IMG/VR virus record: IMGVR_UViG_3300045988_101452
Strand: one strand, 5' to 3'
DNA from: a virus
Length of the DNA stretch: 41,581 bases
Notes under the pieces: model-generated
Database searches by the model: none
Seen by the model: only the letters and a program-made list of their open reading frames with translations
Told to the model about the DNA's origin: nothing
Part shown: positions 18,167-27,029 of the stretch, piece by piece
Layout: each line of letters starts with the position of its first letter
Position numbering within the stretch: the first letter of the stretch is position 1
Position numbers and translations under genes: made by a program

Positions 18167-18733
18167 TTATCCTAATTCTTCTTTTTGCATTTTTTCAATC
18201 ATCATTTTCATTTTTAACTTGCGTTTATATCTGCGTTCTGCCCGTTCCTCTTTGGTCAAAGAATAATATCCTTTTTCTTCTTCCTCGTTCGGTTCCATTA
18301 AAATATCTCGATTAGGGAAACGTTTTTTAGTTTCAGATTGATTTAAAACTGCATGATTTCTTTTACTTCTATATGAGTGCTCTCTTTTCCCAACTTGAAC
18401 ATAGTAGAAAACAGTTTTTATTTTTAAACCTAATCGCTCAGAAATTTCTCTCGCTGTTCCGGTCATGATGAATTTTTCTTTTTCATAAAAATCATAGACA
18501 GATGCTGGAAGTTGTTTCATTGTTTTCTTATTTTCCTGTAAAAGCGCATCTGTTTTTTCTTGATTTAATAAAGCGTGCTTATATTTCGGTATTGCTCTAT
18601 CTTTACTTTTTCCATTTTTTATCCAAAGTGAAACTGCTGTTTTAGAAACTTTGAAGATTTCCATTAATTCTTCTATTGTTCCAGTTGCGACTTTATCTCC
18701 TTCAATAAATACATCAAAGACTTTCGTTGCCAT
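18167..18733 (-). CDS. putative DNA-binding protein (two HTH-like segments, basic C-terminus)
   Basis: ORF; HTH-like segments. Confidence 0.4.
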   Translation of the reverse strand: MATKVFDVFIEGDKVATGTIEELMEIFKVSKTAVSLWIKNGKSKDRAIPKYKHALLNQEKTDALLQENKKTMKQLPASVYDFYEKEKFIMTGTAREISERLGLKIKTVFYYVQVGKREHSYRSKRNHAVLNQSETKKRFPNRDILMEPNEEEEKGYYSLTKEERAERRYKRKLKMKMMIEKMQKEELG

Positions 18734-18905
18734 TTTCCTTTCCTCCTAATTTTTTAATTCTTTCGTGAAACTCAGCCTGCATTTCCTGGTTAAATTTACT
18801 TTGACTATCTAACTCATATTCTGTTTTAGTTAAATCACTCGATATATTTTGACTAGCAAGCTTGCTTATTCTCCTAGCTTCATTTCTTGTGTCGTAATAT
18901 CCCAT
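18714..18905 (-). CDS. hypothetical protein
   Basis: ORF tiling. Confidence 0.35.
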   Translation of the reverse strand: MGYYDTRNEARRISKLASQNISSDLTKTEYELDSQSKFNQEMQAEFHERIKKLGGKENGNESL

Positions 18906-19016
18906 AACTTATACCTCATATTTTAGCTTCTAAGCGCTTTTAGGCTGTTCGTGATAAATTATCCATGAAACAGTTTAAGCGCTCAATGTAACCGTAATTT
19001 TCATGAATTAGAGCTA

Positions 19017-19262
19017 TTAAAGTTCAATTGCTAAACCTTGAATTAATTCTTCAAGTATTTTGTATAAATCTTTCCACTTCATTTGCTTTGAGTGGTTGTA
19101 TTTATTGCAAATATCTAAGTAAAGCTGAGAAAGTTCGTGATTGTACTTAGTCCGACCGCTGATTTTCACATATAACTCTTTTTTAGTGGCTTTGAAATTG
19201 TTATTTCTTGCCAATCCATATAGTTTTTTCAAAGTGACAAAATTTGTTTTAATCATACTCAT
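19017..19262 (-). CDS. hypothetical protein
   Basis: ORF tiling. Confidence 0.4.
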   Translation of the reverse strand: MSMIKTNFVTLKKLYGLARNNNFKATKKELYVKISGRTKYNHELSQLYLDICNKYNHSKQMKWKDLYKILEELIQGLAIEL

Positions 19263-19633
19263 ATCTCGCTCTCCTCGAACATATTTATTCTTGCTACTTT
19301 CTTAGCAATTGTTATCGGAATTCCATATCTGTTAGCAAATAATTTTGCTTTCATTTTAAATTCAGGTAGGACCATGCCTTTTACATCGACAACTTTGATA
19401 ATCTCGTTAGCTTCATTTCTGAAAACAAAGTCCGCTTTATAAGCTATTTCTCTATAAAGTTTTCCGTTTAATCTGAATTTATCCATAAGAACAAACTTCT
19501 CTTGCATGGTCATCCGCTCATCATTTTTATGTTGTAAATAGTAGATTGATTCAGCTTTGCTATCAAATACAACGCCATCTACCGTTGTTTTCTTTGCCCC
19601 ATATTTTGACTTTTTAGTTTGCTGGAACTTCAT
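19259..19633 (-). CDS. DUF1064-like putative nuclease/resolvase-like protein
   Basis: KYGAKKTTVDGVVFDSKAESIYY...DFVF...VDVKG pattern. Confidence 0.45.
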   Translation of the reverse strand: MKFQQTKKSKYGAKKTTVDGVVFDSKAESIYYLQHKNDERMTMQEKFVLMDKFRLNGKLYREIAYKADFVFRNEANEIIKVVDVKGMVLPEFKMKAKLFANRYGIPITIAKKVARINMFEESEI

Positions 19634-20355
19634 CTCTGGTGTCCTGTACTTGAGAAATTCATTACTTGCGCATTATTGAGTTTAAATTTCAATCTTGCTG
19701 GCAATTGTTCAAGCCTTTCATCACTTTCTGGAATTGTTAGTATAATAATTGAGCAGTTATCACTTGCGCTTAATAAAGGGGTCAATGCTTTTTCAGCTTG
19801 ATTTGCTGTAAAATCTGCCAATGAATCGAAAATAAGAATTTCTGCTTCTTCAATATCATGTAATATTTTCAAATATTTTTCTCTTGCTTCATCACTAGAA
19901 AATCTATTTTCAGCAATCTGTATGTACTTTCTGACCTTTAATCGTTTTACTTTTTTCTGTCTACCAACATTGGTAACAATCCACTTGACCATGTTGTCAC
20001 AAGATACAACACTTAATTCATCAGCGAAATCATATTTAACAATGACATTTTTAGTCAAATCAATACCTTTTTTAGCTTTGAATTCTCCTAAGAAATCATT
20101 GACAGCTTTAGCAGAAACTGTTTTTATTCCTTCAGCATGACACATCGGGCAAACTCTTACATCATATAAGTAAGGTTCTCCAATCACTTCGCCTTTTTCA
20201 TTCTTAGGATATGAAAGCACAGGTTTCTTAGAACCGATAATCTCACAGCCGTGAACTTCACATGCTCCAAGTTCCCCGCCTTCTTGATAGTTTTTTAAAA
20301 CATCAGTTGCTTTTATAGCAAACTCTCCATCATCTCTCCATGTATCAAAAGCCAT
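19630..20355 (-). CDS. replication-module protein with CxxC/CxxH pairs, unknown function
   Basis: ORF between replisome organiser and DUF1064 gene. Confidence 0.4.
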   Translation of the reverse strand: MAFDTWRDDGEFAIKATDVLKNYQEGGELGACEVHGCEIIGSKKPVLSYPKNEKGEVIGEPYLYDVRVCPMCHAEGIKTVSAKAVNDFLGEFKAKKGIDLTKNVIVKYDFADELSVVSCDNMVKWIVTNVGRQKKVKRLKVRKYIQIAENRFSSDEAREKYLKILHDIEEAEILIFDSLADFTANQAEKALTPLLSASDNCSIIILTIPESDERLEQLPARLKFKLNNAQVMNFSSTGHQR

Positions 20356-21137
20356 TAGATAAGACCCCCGAGAGTTTCTTTTTTAACTTTTACTTTTTGC
20401 TGGAATGATTTAAAAGTTGCACTTTCTAAAAACGCATAGGCATTTATACTAAATTTTTTTGTTTTATCTTCTGGACTTTCTTGTTTGTACCATTCAAAGT
20501 AATTTTTAGCTCCGATTACTGCTTGTTTCTTTTCTTCTGATGAGAGTTTCATGAATTCAACTTGTGCCATTGCTCTTTTTGCAATATTTTTACTAGAAAA
20601 TTCAATAAATGAATCAAGATATTCAGAAAGAAGTGAGTTTATATCTTCTCCTGAACTTTTTTCTTGGAAAGCATTTGGTTGCGAAGCGTCTATACTATCC
20701 TTACCTATACTATCCTTACCTAACCTAACCTCTCCTATCCTATCCTGTGCGGACATTTGGTTGCCATTTGGTTGCGGAATGGTTGACACTTGGTTACCAA
20801 GTAGATAAGACCCTTTACTATCAAGAGATAACAGTGTTTTTTCTTCTGTATATATCGTTGGTTTTTGTCTATCTTTTCTTATTTTGTTGTTCAAATTCCA
20901 ATCTTTAACAACTGTGACTCCACTCGGAAATGCAATGATAAATCCTTTGGCTTCCAAAAGTTTCAAATCATCATTATTTGAGCCATAAGCTCTGCTTAAC
21001 ATTTTTGCATTACCAATAAATCCTTCGTCATCAGCTTCCATTCCTAAATGAAAGTATAAAAGTTGACTTGATGACGGCATATCAACGAATAAATCACTCG
21101 TTGTTACTTCTTTGCTGAACATTCTTCTTTGTGCCAC
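20355..21137 (-). CDS. replisome organiser / replication initiator with internal ori iterons
   Basis: N-terminus similar to lactococcal replisome organiser; tandem DNA repeats at 20670-20800. Confidence 0.6.
   Translation of the reverse strand: MAQRRMFSKEVTTSDLFVDMPSSSQLLYFHLGMEADDEGFIGNAKMLSRAYGSNNDDLKLLEAKGFIIAFPSGVTVVKDWNLNNKIRKDRQKPTIYTEEKTLLSLDSKGSYLLGNQVSTIPQPNGNQMSAQDRIGEVRLGKDSIGKDSIDASQPNAFQEKSSGEDINSLLSEYLDSFIEFSSKNIAKRAMAQVEFMKLSSEEKKQAVIGAKNYFEWYKQESPEDKTKKFSINAYAFLESATFKSFQQKVKVKKETLGGLI
20670..20800. repeat. ori-like iteron cluster inside the replisome organiser gene
   Basis: tatactatccttacc x2 (20691-20720), taacc x2, cctat x3, atttggttgc x3, tggtt spaced about 11 bp. Confidence 0.6.
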
Positions 21138-21270
21138 GAATACTCCTTTCTTCTATATTTATTTCAAGTTTTATTTTTCAAATTAAAAGCTGGCGATGAG
21201 TGGTTATGTGTAAACACTAAATACTCATTGACTTTACGGCTCGTTCCGCCACCCTCCAGCAATAACTTAA

Positions 21271-21621
21271 TTAAAATGGTAGGTCTTCGTCGTTGATTTC
21301 CATTTCTTCGCCAATATTTGGAATATCTTTAGCAGGATATGAATTTGAAGCAGCTCCTTTGGGCTTATACAAGCGTTCCACCGTAGGGAAAGCAAAGTTA
21401 TTATTCAAATACTGACCATCTTCCCTTTGCTCAATTCGTCCACTTATTGTTAGAATATCGCCTGGCTCAACTTTGAAATTAATAAATGCCGAGGCGTATA
21501 CCCATTTACCTGTTGAATCTTTAATAATAGGAGTACTGATGATTTGCTTTTCCCCTTTTTGAGTGTTGACTGTTCTAGTATTTTTATCATTGACCTGAAC
21601 TACTGTTGTTATAATACTCAT
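21271..21621 (-). CDS. ssb: single-stranded DNA-binding protein
   Basis: OB-fold-like 116 aa ending in acidic DEDLPF tail. Confidence 0.75.
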   Translation of the reverse strand: MSIITTVVQVNDKNTRTVNTQKGEKQIISTPIIKDSTGKWVYASAFINFKVEPGDILTISGRIEQREDGQYLNNNFAFPTVERLYKPKGAASNSYPAKDIPNIGEEMEINDEDLPF

Positions 21622-22229
21622 GATTTTTTCTCCGTATTTTCATTAATCCATTTTGCAATTTCTTTAATGGCTTGCACTTTCTGCAATTTATTCCACTCAG
21701 TTAGAAGCTCCATTGGAGCACCTTTTTCTTTTGCTGCTTTCAGCCCATTTTCAAATTGGGTGTTAAGTTTAGCAATTTTAGATTGCCGCTCTTTTTCTGC
21801 TTCTATATCGGCTTTTTTAGCTCTATTTTCGCGTTCTGTGCGATTTTCGTTGCTGTCGCTATCCTTTGTGTCATCAATCAAGAACAAGCCGTTCATAGCG
21901 TATTTACGAGCGTATGAACTAGCCGTTCCTGTTATCTGGCTATCATCCATTCCTTTTTTATTGAGTGATTCTCTAGCATATCCAGTAACCTCGACCGTAT
22001 CCTCACCGTCAGTAAGGATAACTTTAGCTTGAATATAGTAACGCTCACCAACCTGCTCAATAATATCTGTTATCGTCATTAAAAGACCTTGCTCGGTTAG
22101 TAGTGGTTTAACGGCTTCAAGAATATCTTCCGCACTCCGATAGTAATAACTACCGAAATCATTATGCTGCCCTTTAGGTGCTTTTAACTCTGATTGAACT
22201 TTGATAAGCTTTTGAGTTATATTCTTCAT
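21618..22229 (-). CDS. ERF-family single-strand annealing protein (candidate)
   Basis: NDFGSYYYRSAEDILEAVKPLLTEQGL motif; adjacent to SSB. Confidence 0.5.
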   Translation of the reverse strand: MKNITQKLIKVQSELKAPKGQHNDFGSYYYRSAEDILEAVKPLLTEQGLLMTITDIIEQVGERYYIQAKVILTDGEDTVEVTGYARESLNKKGMDDSQITGTASSYARKYAMNGLFLIDDTKDSDSNENRTERENRAKKADIEAEKERQSKIAKLNTQFENGLKAAKEKGAPMELLTEWNKLQKVQAIKEIAKWINENTEKKS

Positions 22230-22239
22230 TTATTGAACC

Positions 22240-22629
22240 TCACGCATCCCATTTAAGAGGTGGCTTATTTTTAGTAGTTACTACTGGCAATTCGTTTTCG
22301 ATATCTTTCCCGAATTTTTCTATTAATTTGCCCAATGGAATTGGTTCTACACAATCCCAACCTCGAGAAATTACTAAATCACGCTTCTGTTTATTATTCA
22401 TTTTTAAAACTCTTCGTTCGGATGCTTTGCCGTAACTCAAACGTTTAAATTCCTGTCCTTCATCAAGCCGTTTCTTAGCTTCTGACTCAGCTTTTTTGTA
22501 AAGATCAACTATAATTTTCCCTTGAGCTAAGAACCCTGTAAGTGCGGCATTATCCATATCTTTTATAGCTGATGGATTCAAGTCAACCCTTTGTCCATCG
22601 CCATCTACTGGTATAAGTTGTAAGTCCAT
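22240..22629 (-). CDS. hypothetical protein
   Basis: ORF tiling. Confidence 0.45.
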   Translation of the reverse strand: MDLQLIPVDGDGQRVDLNPSAIKDMDNAALTGFLAQGKIIVDLYKKAESEAKKRLDEGQEFKRLSYGKASERRVLKMNNKQKRDLVISRGWDCVEPIPLGKLIEKFGKDIENELPVVTTKNKPPLKWDA

Positions 22630-22644
22630 TTAAATTCTCCGTTT

Positions 22645-22995
22645 CTATCTAATACATGCTTTAATTTCTTCGAAAATCTCTCTAGCAGTATCTACATCCT
22701 GATTTGTGTACCATCTTGTATATGAACCAGAATGAAGAGTTACCATTGTCCGCCAAGTTTTATAAAGACTTGTACAAGATAGACCAGTTACGATTGCATT
22801 TAAGCATTTAAGGTGCATGCGACCATTTGGAGAGGTAAAGAATTCTTGAACTTCTTCATCCAACTCTTCCCAAGGAGTTTTTTCTCTAGCTACTTTTTTA
22901 GGATTAATAAAAGACTTGCGTTCAATCAGTCCTTTATATTCTTCAATTGGGATTGTCACTGTTTTAGTTAAATTAGTATTTTCATCAATGCTCAT
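22645..22995 (-). CDS. hypothetical protein
   Basis: ORF tiling. Confidence 0.45.
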   Translation of the reverse strand: MSIDENTNLTKTVTIPIEEYKGLIERKSFINPKKVAREKTPWEELDEEVQEFFTSPNGRMHLKCLNAIVTGLSCTSLYKTWRTMVTLHSGSYTRWYTNQDVDTAREIFEEIKACIR

Positions 22996-23028
22996 TTAAT
23001 TTCTCCATTTCAAATTTTTAGGCATTCG

Positions 23029-23100
23029 TGGTATAATTTAAGTAGAAGTTTTGGCGAATTTCCTACTTGCTCTGCGTGCCATGCAGGGCTTTTTTATTTT
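23029..23100 (+). ncRNA. putative small plus-strand transcription unit (TGgTATAAT then CUCUGC-GUGCCAUG-GCAGGG hairpin + U6)
   Basis: extended -10 at 23029-23037; terminator 23070-23100. Confidence 0.3.
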
Positions 23101-23130
23101 GTCGTTCTTTTCGCTCTTTTGTTAAGTCTG

Positions 23131-23481
23131 TTAGTTCCGTTTTTCTTCCTCCTCATCGTATTCCATAAAATCAAACCAAGACTCGAATTCATCTTTGTCT
23201 TCAAGCATTTCAATGATTTCATCAAGCTCTTCACGCTCACTTTTAACTCGTTTTAATTCAGATTCACGTAAAACTTCAAGCAAAATTGGCATTTCTGGGA
23301 TTTGATAATCTTTCATATCTTCGAACGCCCATTCTTCAATGTGACCGGGTTGGCAAGCGATAAAACCTTCAACTACTTTTTTAATTTTGTAAATATCTAC
23401 TTTTTTCTGAGTTCGCATAGCAAATTTCACTAATAATTCAATTTCTTCTTTTTTCATTTTGTTCTCCTTATAATTTGTCAT
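23131..23481 (-). CDS. hypothetical acidic protein
   Basis: ORF tiling. Confidence 0.45.
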   Translation of the reverse strand: MTNYKENKMKKEEIELLVKFAMRTQKKVDIYKIKKVVEGFIACQPGHIEEWAFEDMKDYQIPEMPILLEVLRESELKRVKSEREELDEIIEMLEDKDEFESWFDFMEYDEEEEKRN

Positions 23482-23959
23482 TCCAGTTTGGAATGCCTTT
23501 TTTATAGCGACTTAGTATGTATTCTTTGGCTCGTTCTGCGTCTTGTAGCGTTGAAAAACTTTGACAATATTTTCTTTTATCCCGAATGATAGCTACTTGA
23601 TAACAAGCAGAAATAGCACGAGGTACATAACTAATATTTTTTATTCCAGTTGACAGATTAGTAATAAAAGCTTTATTACTTTCGTTTATTGTGCAAACAG
23701 CTTTATTTCTAACTTCCGGGGTATGAACTTTCAGAAATCGTTTGTCTTCCAAGGAGGCTTTAGTATTAATATCCCTCATTAAACATCCGCAGGATGCTGT
23801 ATTGCCGCTTCTTAAGCTTCTTCCCGCAATAATTTTTATATTTCCACAATCACATTGACACTTCCAAACTGCAGCTGTTCTGTCCTTCTTAATGTTACTT
23901 CGTTCAATCACAGTCAGGCGGCCAAATCTTTGCCCAGTTAAATCAATAAGTCTGCTCAT
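23468..23959 (-). CDS. Cys-rich N-terminal domain plus AP2-like DNA-binding domain protein
   Basis: GQRFGRLTVIERS...CQCDCGN...CGC then YQVAIIRDKRKY...AERAKEY. Confidence 0.45.
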   Translation of the reverse strand: MSRLIDLTGQRFGRLTVIERSNIKKDRTAAVWKCQCDCGNIKIIAGRSLRSGNTASCGCLMRDINTKASLEDKRFLKVHTPEVRNKAVCTINESNKAFITNLSTGIKNISYVPRAISACYQVAIIRDKRKYCQSFSTLQDAERAKEYILSRYKKGIPNWNDKL

Positions 23960-24159
23960 CAGTAAACCTCCAGCAATACTCCACCGCTTCTAAGTGGTGT
24001 AAAGTTCATTGTCTTACCTTGATAAAGCACTGTATCGCTTGTTCGTGTGATAATCCACTTAGCACCATCGATTAGAGCAGTTTGAAGCGCAGCATCTGCT
24101 TCTCTTGTTGTTAGAATTATGTTTTTCATTTTATTAATCTTTCTAGCGAAGCACCGCAT
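23959..24159 (-). CDS. hypothetical protein
   Basis: ORF. Confidence 0.35.
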   Translation of the reverse strand: MRCFARKINKMKNIILTTREADAALQTALIDGAKWIITRTSDTVLYQGKTMNFTPLRSGGVLLEVY

Positions 24160-24195
24160 TTAATGAATTAATTTTGTGTGTGTGGAGGTAGTCGT

Positions 24196-24223
24196 TTTCT
24201 CCTTAATCATGTCTTGCCCGACA
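24196..24223. repeat. 28-bp perfect direct repeat copy A (tttctccttaatcatgtcttgcccgaca)
   Basis: identical 28-mer at 28665-28692; partial inverted copy at 30132-30144. Confidence 0.9.
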
Positions 24224-24225
24224 TT

Positions 24226-24495
24226 TTAGTAATAAAAATCATGTAAATCTTCCAAGAGATAGAAGACTGAACCGCCTCTATTTATTGAAGGTAATCCGTT
24301 TTCTCTCCACTTTTTCAACGTATCTGATGACATGTGGAATTCTTTCAACAAATCAACCTGCCTGATTTCTCCGGTCTTACTTTCATATTTAAACAGCTCC
24401 TTTTGGAATTTCAGCCATTCATTCGTCATCTTACGAAACTCTTCCAGGACGCCATTGGCTAGATACGCAGCCATTGGATCATATCGTTCTCCCAT
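24226..24495 (-). CDS. HTH (excisionase/MerR-like) DNA-binding protein, candidate Xis
   Basis: SDTLKKWRENGLPSINRGGSVFYLLEDL HTH-like segment. Confidence 0.4.
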   Translation of the reverse strand: MGERYDPMAAYLANGVLEEFRKMTNEWLKFQKELFKYESKTGEIRQVDLLKEFHMSSDTLKKWRENGLPSINRGGSVFYLLEDLHDFYY

Positions 24496-24507
24496 AGATT
24501 CTCCTTT

Positions 24508-25254
24508 CTAACTAGCTAAATCTTGTAAGAATTTGTTTACAAAATAGATTTGACCTTTGCCTGTTACTTTGGGCGTTTTGGTTACGGTGATCTTCCCACT
24601 ATTATGAACGTGAGTGTTTTCGGTAAACTCTAAAATACCTAAATTCATCGAACGTTGAGTTGGTGAGTTGTAGTCACTACCAATTTTCTTGACAAGGTAT
24701 CCATTATCTCTAAGCCAAGTAAATAATCGTTTCTCTCCGATATCAATTCCATTTTGTTTCAGGATTTTAGCTAAATCTCGAATGAGAATCGTGTTTTCGG
24801 AAGCTGAAACACTATCAGCGAATAACGCTTTTGGTTTCATTTGGCTTTTTTCAAGTTCAAGTTGCTTAATCTGATTTCCTGCTTGGAGTAGCAAATCAGC
24901 TAAACCATTACCAGAGATAACATCTTGAGCTTTTGCATCCGTCATATAAGCTCCGTGCTTGCGGATTGTTTTCAAAATTTCTTTTACTTTTTTCTTGAAA
25001 ACTTTAGCTTGTGGCTTTTTAGATGACATAAGAACTTCGTAAAGTCCATCTTCGGTTAAAAACCACATATTACGATTTTGACCTGATGCAAGGATTGGTT
25101 GCATTAGCTTTTCATCATCATCAACTGTTTTTAGCATTTCGGACGCTCTTGAGTGTTCGATGAGTTCTGCAATATCTTTTGCGAGAAATAAAGGATTTTC
25201 TGCTGTTCCGTAGATTTTGGCATTAAATCCATCAATATTTTGTAATTCATTCAT
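24508..25254 (-). CDS. antirepressor (Bro-N N-terminal, KilA-C/ANT C-terminal)
   Basis: Bro-N-like N-terminus; follows cro-like gene. Confidence 0.65.
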   Translation of the reverse strand: MNELQNIDGFNAKIYGTAENPLFLAKDIAELIEHSRASEMLKTVDDDEKLMQPILASGQNRNMWFLTEDGLYEVLMSSKKPQAKVFKKKVKEILKTIRKHGAYMTDAKAQDVISGNGLADLLLQAGNQIKQLELEKSQMKPKALFADSVSASENTILIRDLAKILKQNGIDIGEKRLFTWLRDNGYLVKKIGSDYNSPTQRSMNLGILEFTENTHVHNSGKITVTKTPKVTGKGQIYFVNKFLQDLAS

Positions 25255-25265
25255 GTTCCACCTCT

Positions 25266-25511
25266 TTAGCTAGCTTTTTCTTTTATACTGTTTAAACCGT
25301 ATGTTTTTCCTAAAAAAATAAAATCCATAGGATAATGATATATTTCAGACAACTCAATTAGCAAGCCTGTTGGAATGTTCTCACTATCCTTTTCATAACT
25401 CAGAATAGTTTGGTAGTGCTTTTTGACAATTTCTCCAACTTCTTTAGCTGTTAATCCAGCGTTGACTCGTGCTGCTTTTAATGTAATTTTTGGTGGTGTT
25501 TTCTCTGCCAT
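25266..25511 (-). CDS. Cro-like XRE-family HTH regulator
   Basis: LTAKEVGEIVKKHYQTILSYEKDSENIPTGLLIELSEIY HTH_3-like. Confidence 0.6.
   Translation of the reverse strand: MAEKTPPKITLKAARVNAGLTAKEVGEIVKKHYQTILSYEKDSENIPTGLLIELSEIYHYPMDFIFLGKTYGLNSIKEKAS
25285..25302. promoter_or_regulatory. operator-like site atactgtttaaaccgtat (1 mismatch to palindrome ATACTGTTTAAACAGTAT) upstream of antirepressor gene
   Basis: matches 16-bp perfect palindrome at 27135-27150. Confidence 0.45.
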
Positions 25512-25617
25512 ACTGGCTCCTTTCTGTGTGTGTATTTGAATCCTCCGAGTGCTATAATATTGTTGTAAATATTTCTCAGATATTTACTCAAAATTATGGA
25601 AAGGAGGAAATTAAATT

Positions 25618-25752
25618 TGAAAATTGATGCTGAAAAGTTTGCTTTAGCTGTTGTTTCGAGTTCTAGTCCAGACATGAAACTAGTTGAAAAACTATCGTTA
25701 TATGCCGAGGCATATAATATGATTGATAAAAACATCGAAAACGGTGGCATGA
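25618..25752 (+). CDS. small ORF (44 aa, TTG start, AAGGAGG RBS)
   Basis: strong RBS 9 nt upstream; followed by terminator-like hairpin 25770-25815. Confidence 0.3.
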
Positions 25753-25959
25753 AACAATCATAAAAATTTAAGTAACTCTGCAAGGGCCGATACCATTGCA
25801 GGGTTTTCTTTTGTGTTTGGATTTTCAAGAGTTTCCGTTACAAACTTTTCGATAGCAGGACAGATATTTTCTTTTCTTTGTTGTGCTGATTCAATGGCGT
25901 TTTCAAGAAATGATTCTCCCATTTTAAACTCCTTTCATTTAATTTATTCTGCATACGCA

Positions 25960-25996
25960 GTAAGGGAAATTCAGGAATCGAACCTGTTCGCCAGTC
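25960..25996 (-). other. tRNA 3'-half-like fragment (T-arm CAGG-TTCGATT-CCTG + acceptor-like ATTTCCC)
   Basis: minus strand reads ...CAGGTTCGATTCCTGAATTTCCCT; no complete cloverleaf. Confidence 0.35.
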
Positions 25997-26007
25997 TTCC
26001 CTGCTCA

Positions 26008-26039
26008 TTGTGAGCGATATCACAACTCCGTGATATAAT
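26008..26039 (+). promoter_or_regulatory. cassette promoter (extended -10 TGaTATAAT at 26031-26039) overlapped by three alternating TGTGA/TCACA half-sites
   Basis: TTGTGA 26008-13, TCACAA 26020-25, GTGAT 26030-34. Confidence 0.45.
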
Positions 26040-26075
26040 GTAAGTGACTAAACTAAAATTATATTGGAGGTTCTT

Positions 26076-26516
26076 ATGAACGATTTTAAATTGCCCGAGC
26101 ATAGGCAAGAGTATATCTCAAATTTCATGTCAGAAAATATCTATGTAGTTGAGGGGAAAAACGATATTAATTTTTCTGCTACATTGATTAATTTAAATTA
26201 TGAAAATGGTGCAGTCTACTATTTTTCGATATATATTTATGAAATCGAAAAGTATGAACTACTCCTTTCTGGAAAGCTTGAAGATTATCAAGCTCGAAAG
26301 GGAGGGATCGGTCAGAAAGTCGGACTTGTTCCCTTACTATCAAAATCAGACTCTTATTCACTTCCTAGCTATATTGATCTCCCAATACAAATGACTGTAA
26401 AAAACTTAAAATATGATACAGATAAAATTTATGCTGCAGTCTTCAAACTCAAAAATAAAGAGGGAAAAGAAATTTCGAAATCAGTGACATATTTGAAAGG
26501 GACTAATAATGGCTAA
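26076..26516 (+). CDS. cassette gene A: soluble 146-aa protein of unknown function
   Basis: GGAGG RBS 5 nt upstream of ATG 26076; no recognisable domain. Confidence 0.6.
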   Translation: MNDFKLPEHRQEYISNFMSENIYVVEGKNDINFSATLINLNYENGAVYYFSIYIYEIEKYELLLSGKLEDYQARKGGIGQKVGLVPLLSKSDSYSLPSYIDLPIQMTVKNLKYDTDKIYAAVFKLKNKEGKEISKSVTYLKGTNNG

Positions 26517-26802
26517 TAAATTTATCGATAACGAATTTGGCTCAATGTCGTACCAAGATAAAACTGAACCTTATGTTAAAAATACAATTCATGACGAAAT
26601 AAAAGCTCCTCTAATTGAAATTGCAAATTTAAAAGAACGAATCCTAAAAATAGAGTCAAAGATGGAATCTCAAGAAGATTTTGAAAGAATATCGAACGAG
26701 AGGCATAATAGATGGATTGCAATCATAACTGCTATTATTACGTTTTTTGTAGGTATACCAGGTATAATTTCTCTCATAATTCAGTTGTTTTCAAAGCATT
26801 AA
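26509..26802 (+). CDS. cassette gene B: 97-aa protein, coiled-coil N-terminus and C-terminal TM anchor; start overlaps stop of gene A (ATGGCTAA)
   Basis: translational coupling overlap; hydrophobic C-terminus IAIITAIITFFVGIPGIISLIIQLF. Confidence 0.6.
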   Translation: MANKFIDNEFGSMSYQDKTEPYVKNTIHDEIKAPLIEIANLKERILKIESKMESQEDFERISNERHNRWIAIITAIITFFVGIPGIISLIIQLFSKH

Positions 26803-26989
26803 ACTCGAACCATAGTACATTTTGGGTATTAATGCTATATACTTTCCCAGACGTTTTATCAAGATGCTTTAATATTAATTTTCGCGATAAAACTTCCTCT
26901 ATTTTTTCAATATCATTTTCAGATATCTTCATAGGAAGCTTTAATACATGCGATGGGAAAATTATAGATAATTGATATACTTGCTCCAT
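26774..26989 (-). CDS. first ORF of leftward early transcript (Cro position), about 71 aa from ATG 26989
   Basis: downstream of early promoter PL; convergent 29-nt overlap with cassette gene B. Confidence 0.35.
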   Translation of the reverse strand: MEQVYQLSIIFPSHVLKLPMKISENDIEKIEEVLSRKLILKHLDKTSGKVYSINTQNVLWFEFNALKTTEL

Positions 26990-27004
26990 ATTAGTAACCT
27001 TTCC

Positions 27005-27029
27005 GCCCCACTGGGGCTTTTTATTTGCC
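27005..27029 (+). terminator. plus-strand terminator GCCCCA-C-UGGGGC + U5 closing the cassette
   Basis: inverted repeat gcccca/tggggc followed by tttttattt. Confidence 0.55.

Noticed and set aside
14256-21600. Plus-strand ORFs 14256..14546, 15447..15716, 16334..16555, 19619..19801, 19922..20140, 20551..20808, 21544..22032
   Set aside because: All antisense to tightly tiled minus-strand genes; 20551..20808 is just the translation of the ori iterons on the other strand.
25597-25752. Longer version of the small plus ORF starting at ATG 25597
   Set aside because: No RBS before that ATG; the TTG at 25618 has AAGGAGG 9 nt upstream. Either way the ORF is only 44-51 aa and low confidence.
25478-26023. 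Minus ORFs 25478..25828 and 25838..26023
   Set aside because: They run through a promoter region, a terminator hairpin and the tRNA-fragment; no RBS; likely non-coding.
26200-26975. Plus ORFs 26200..26394 and 26712..26975
   Set aside because: Alternate frames within the cassette genes and the convergent ORF.
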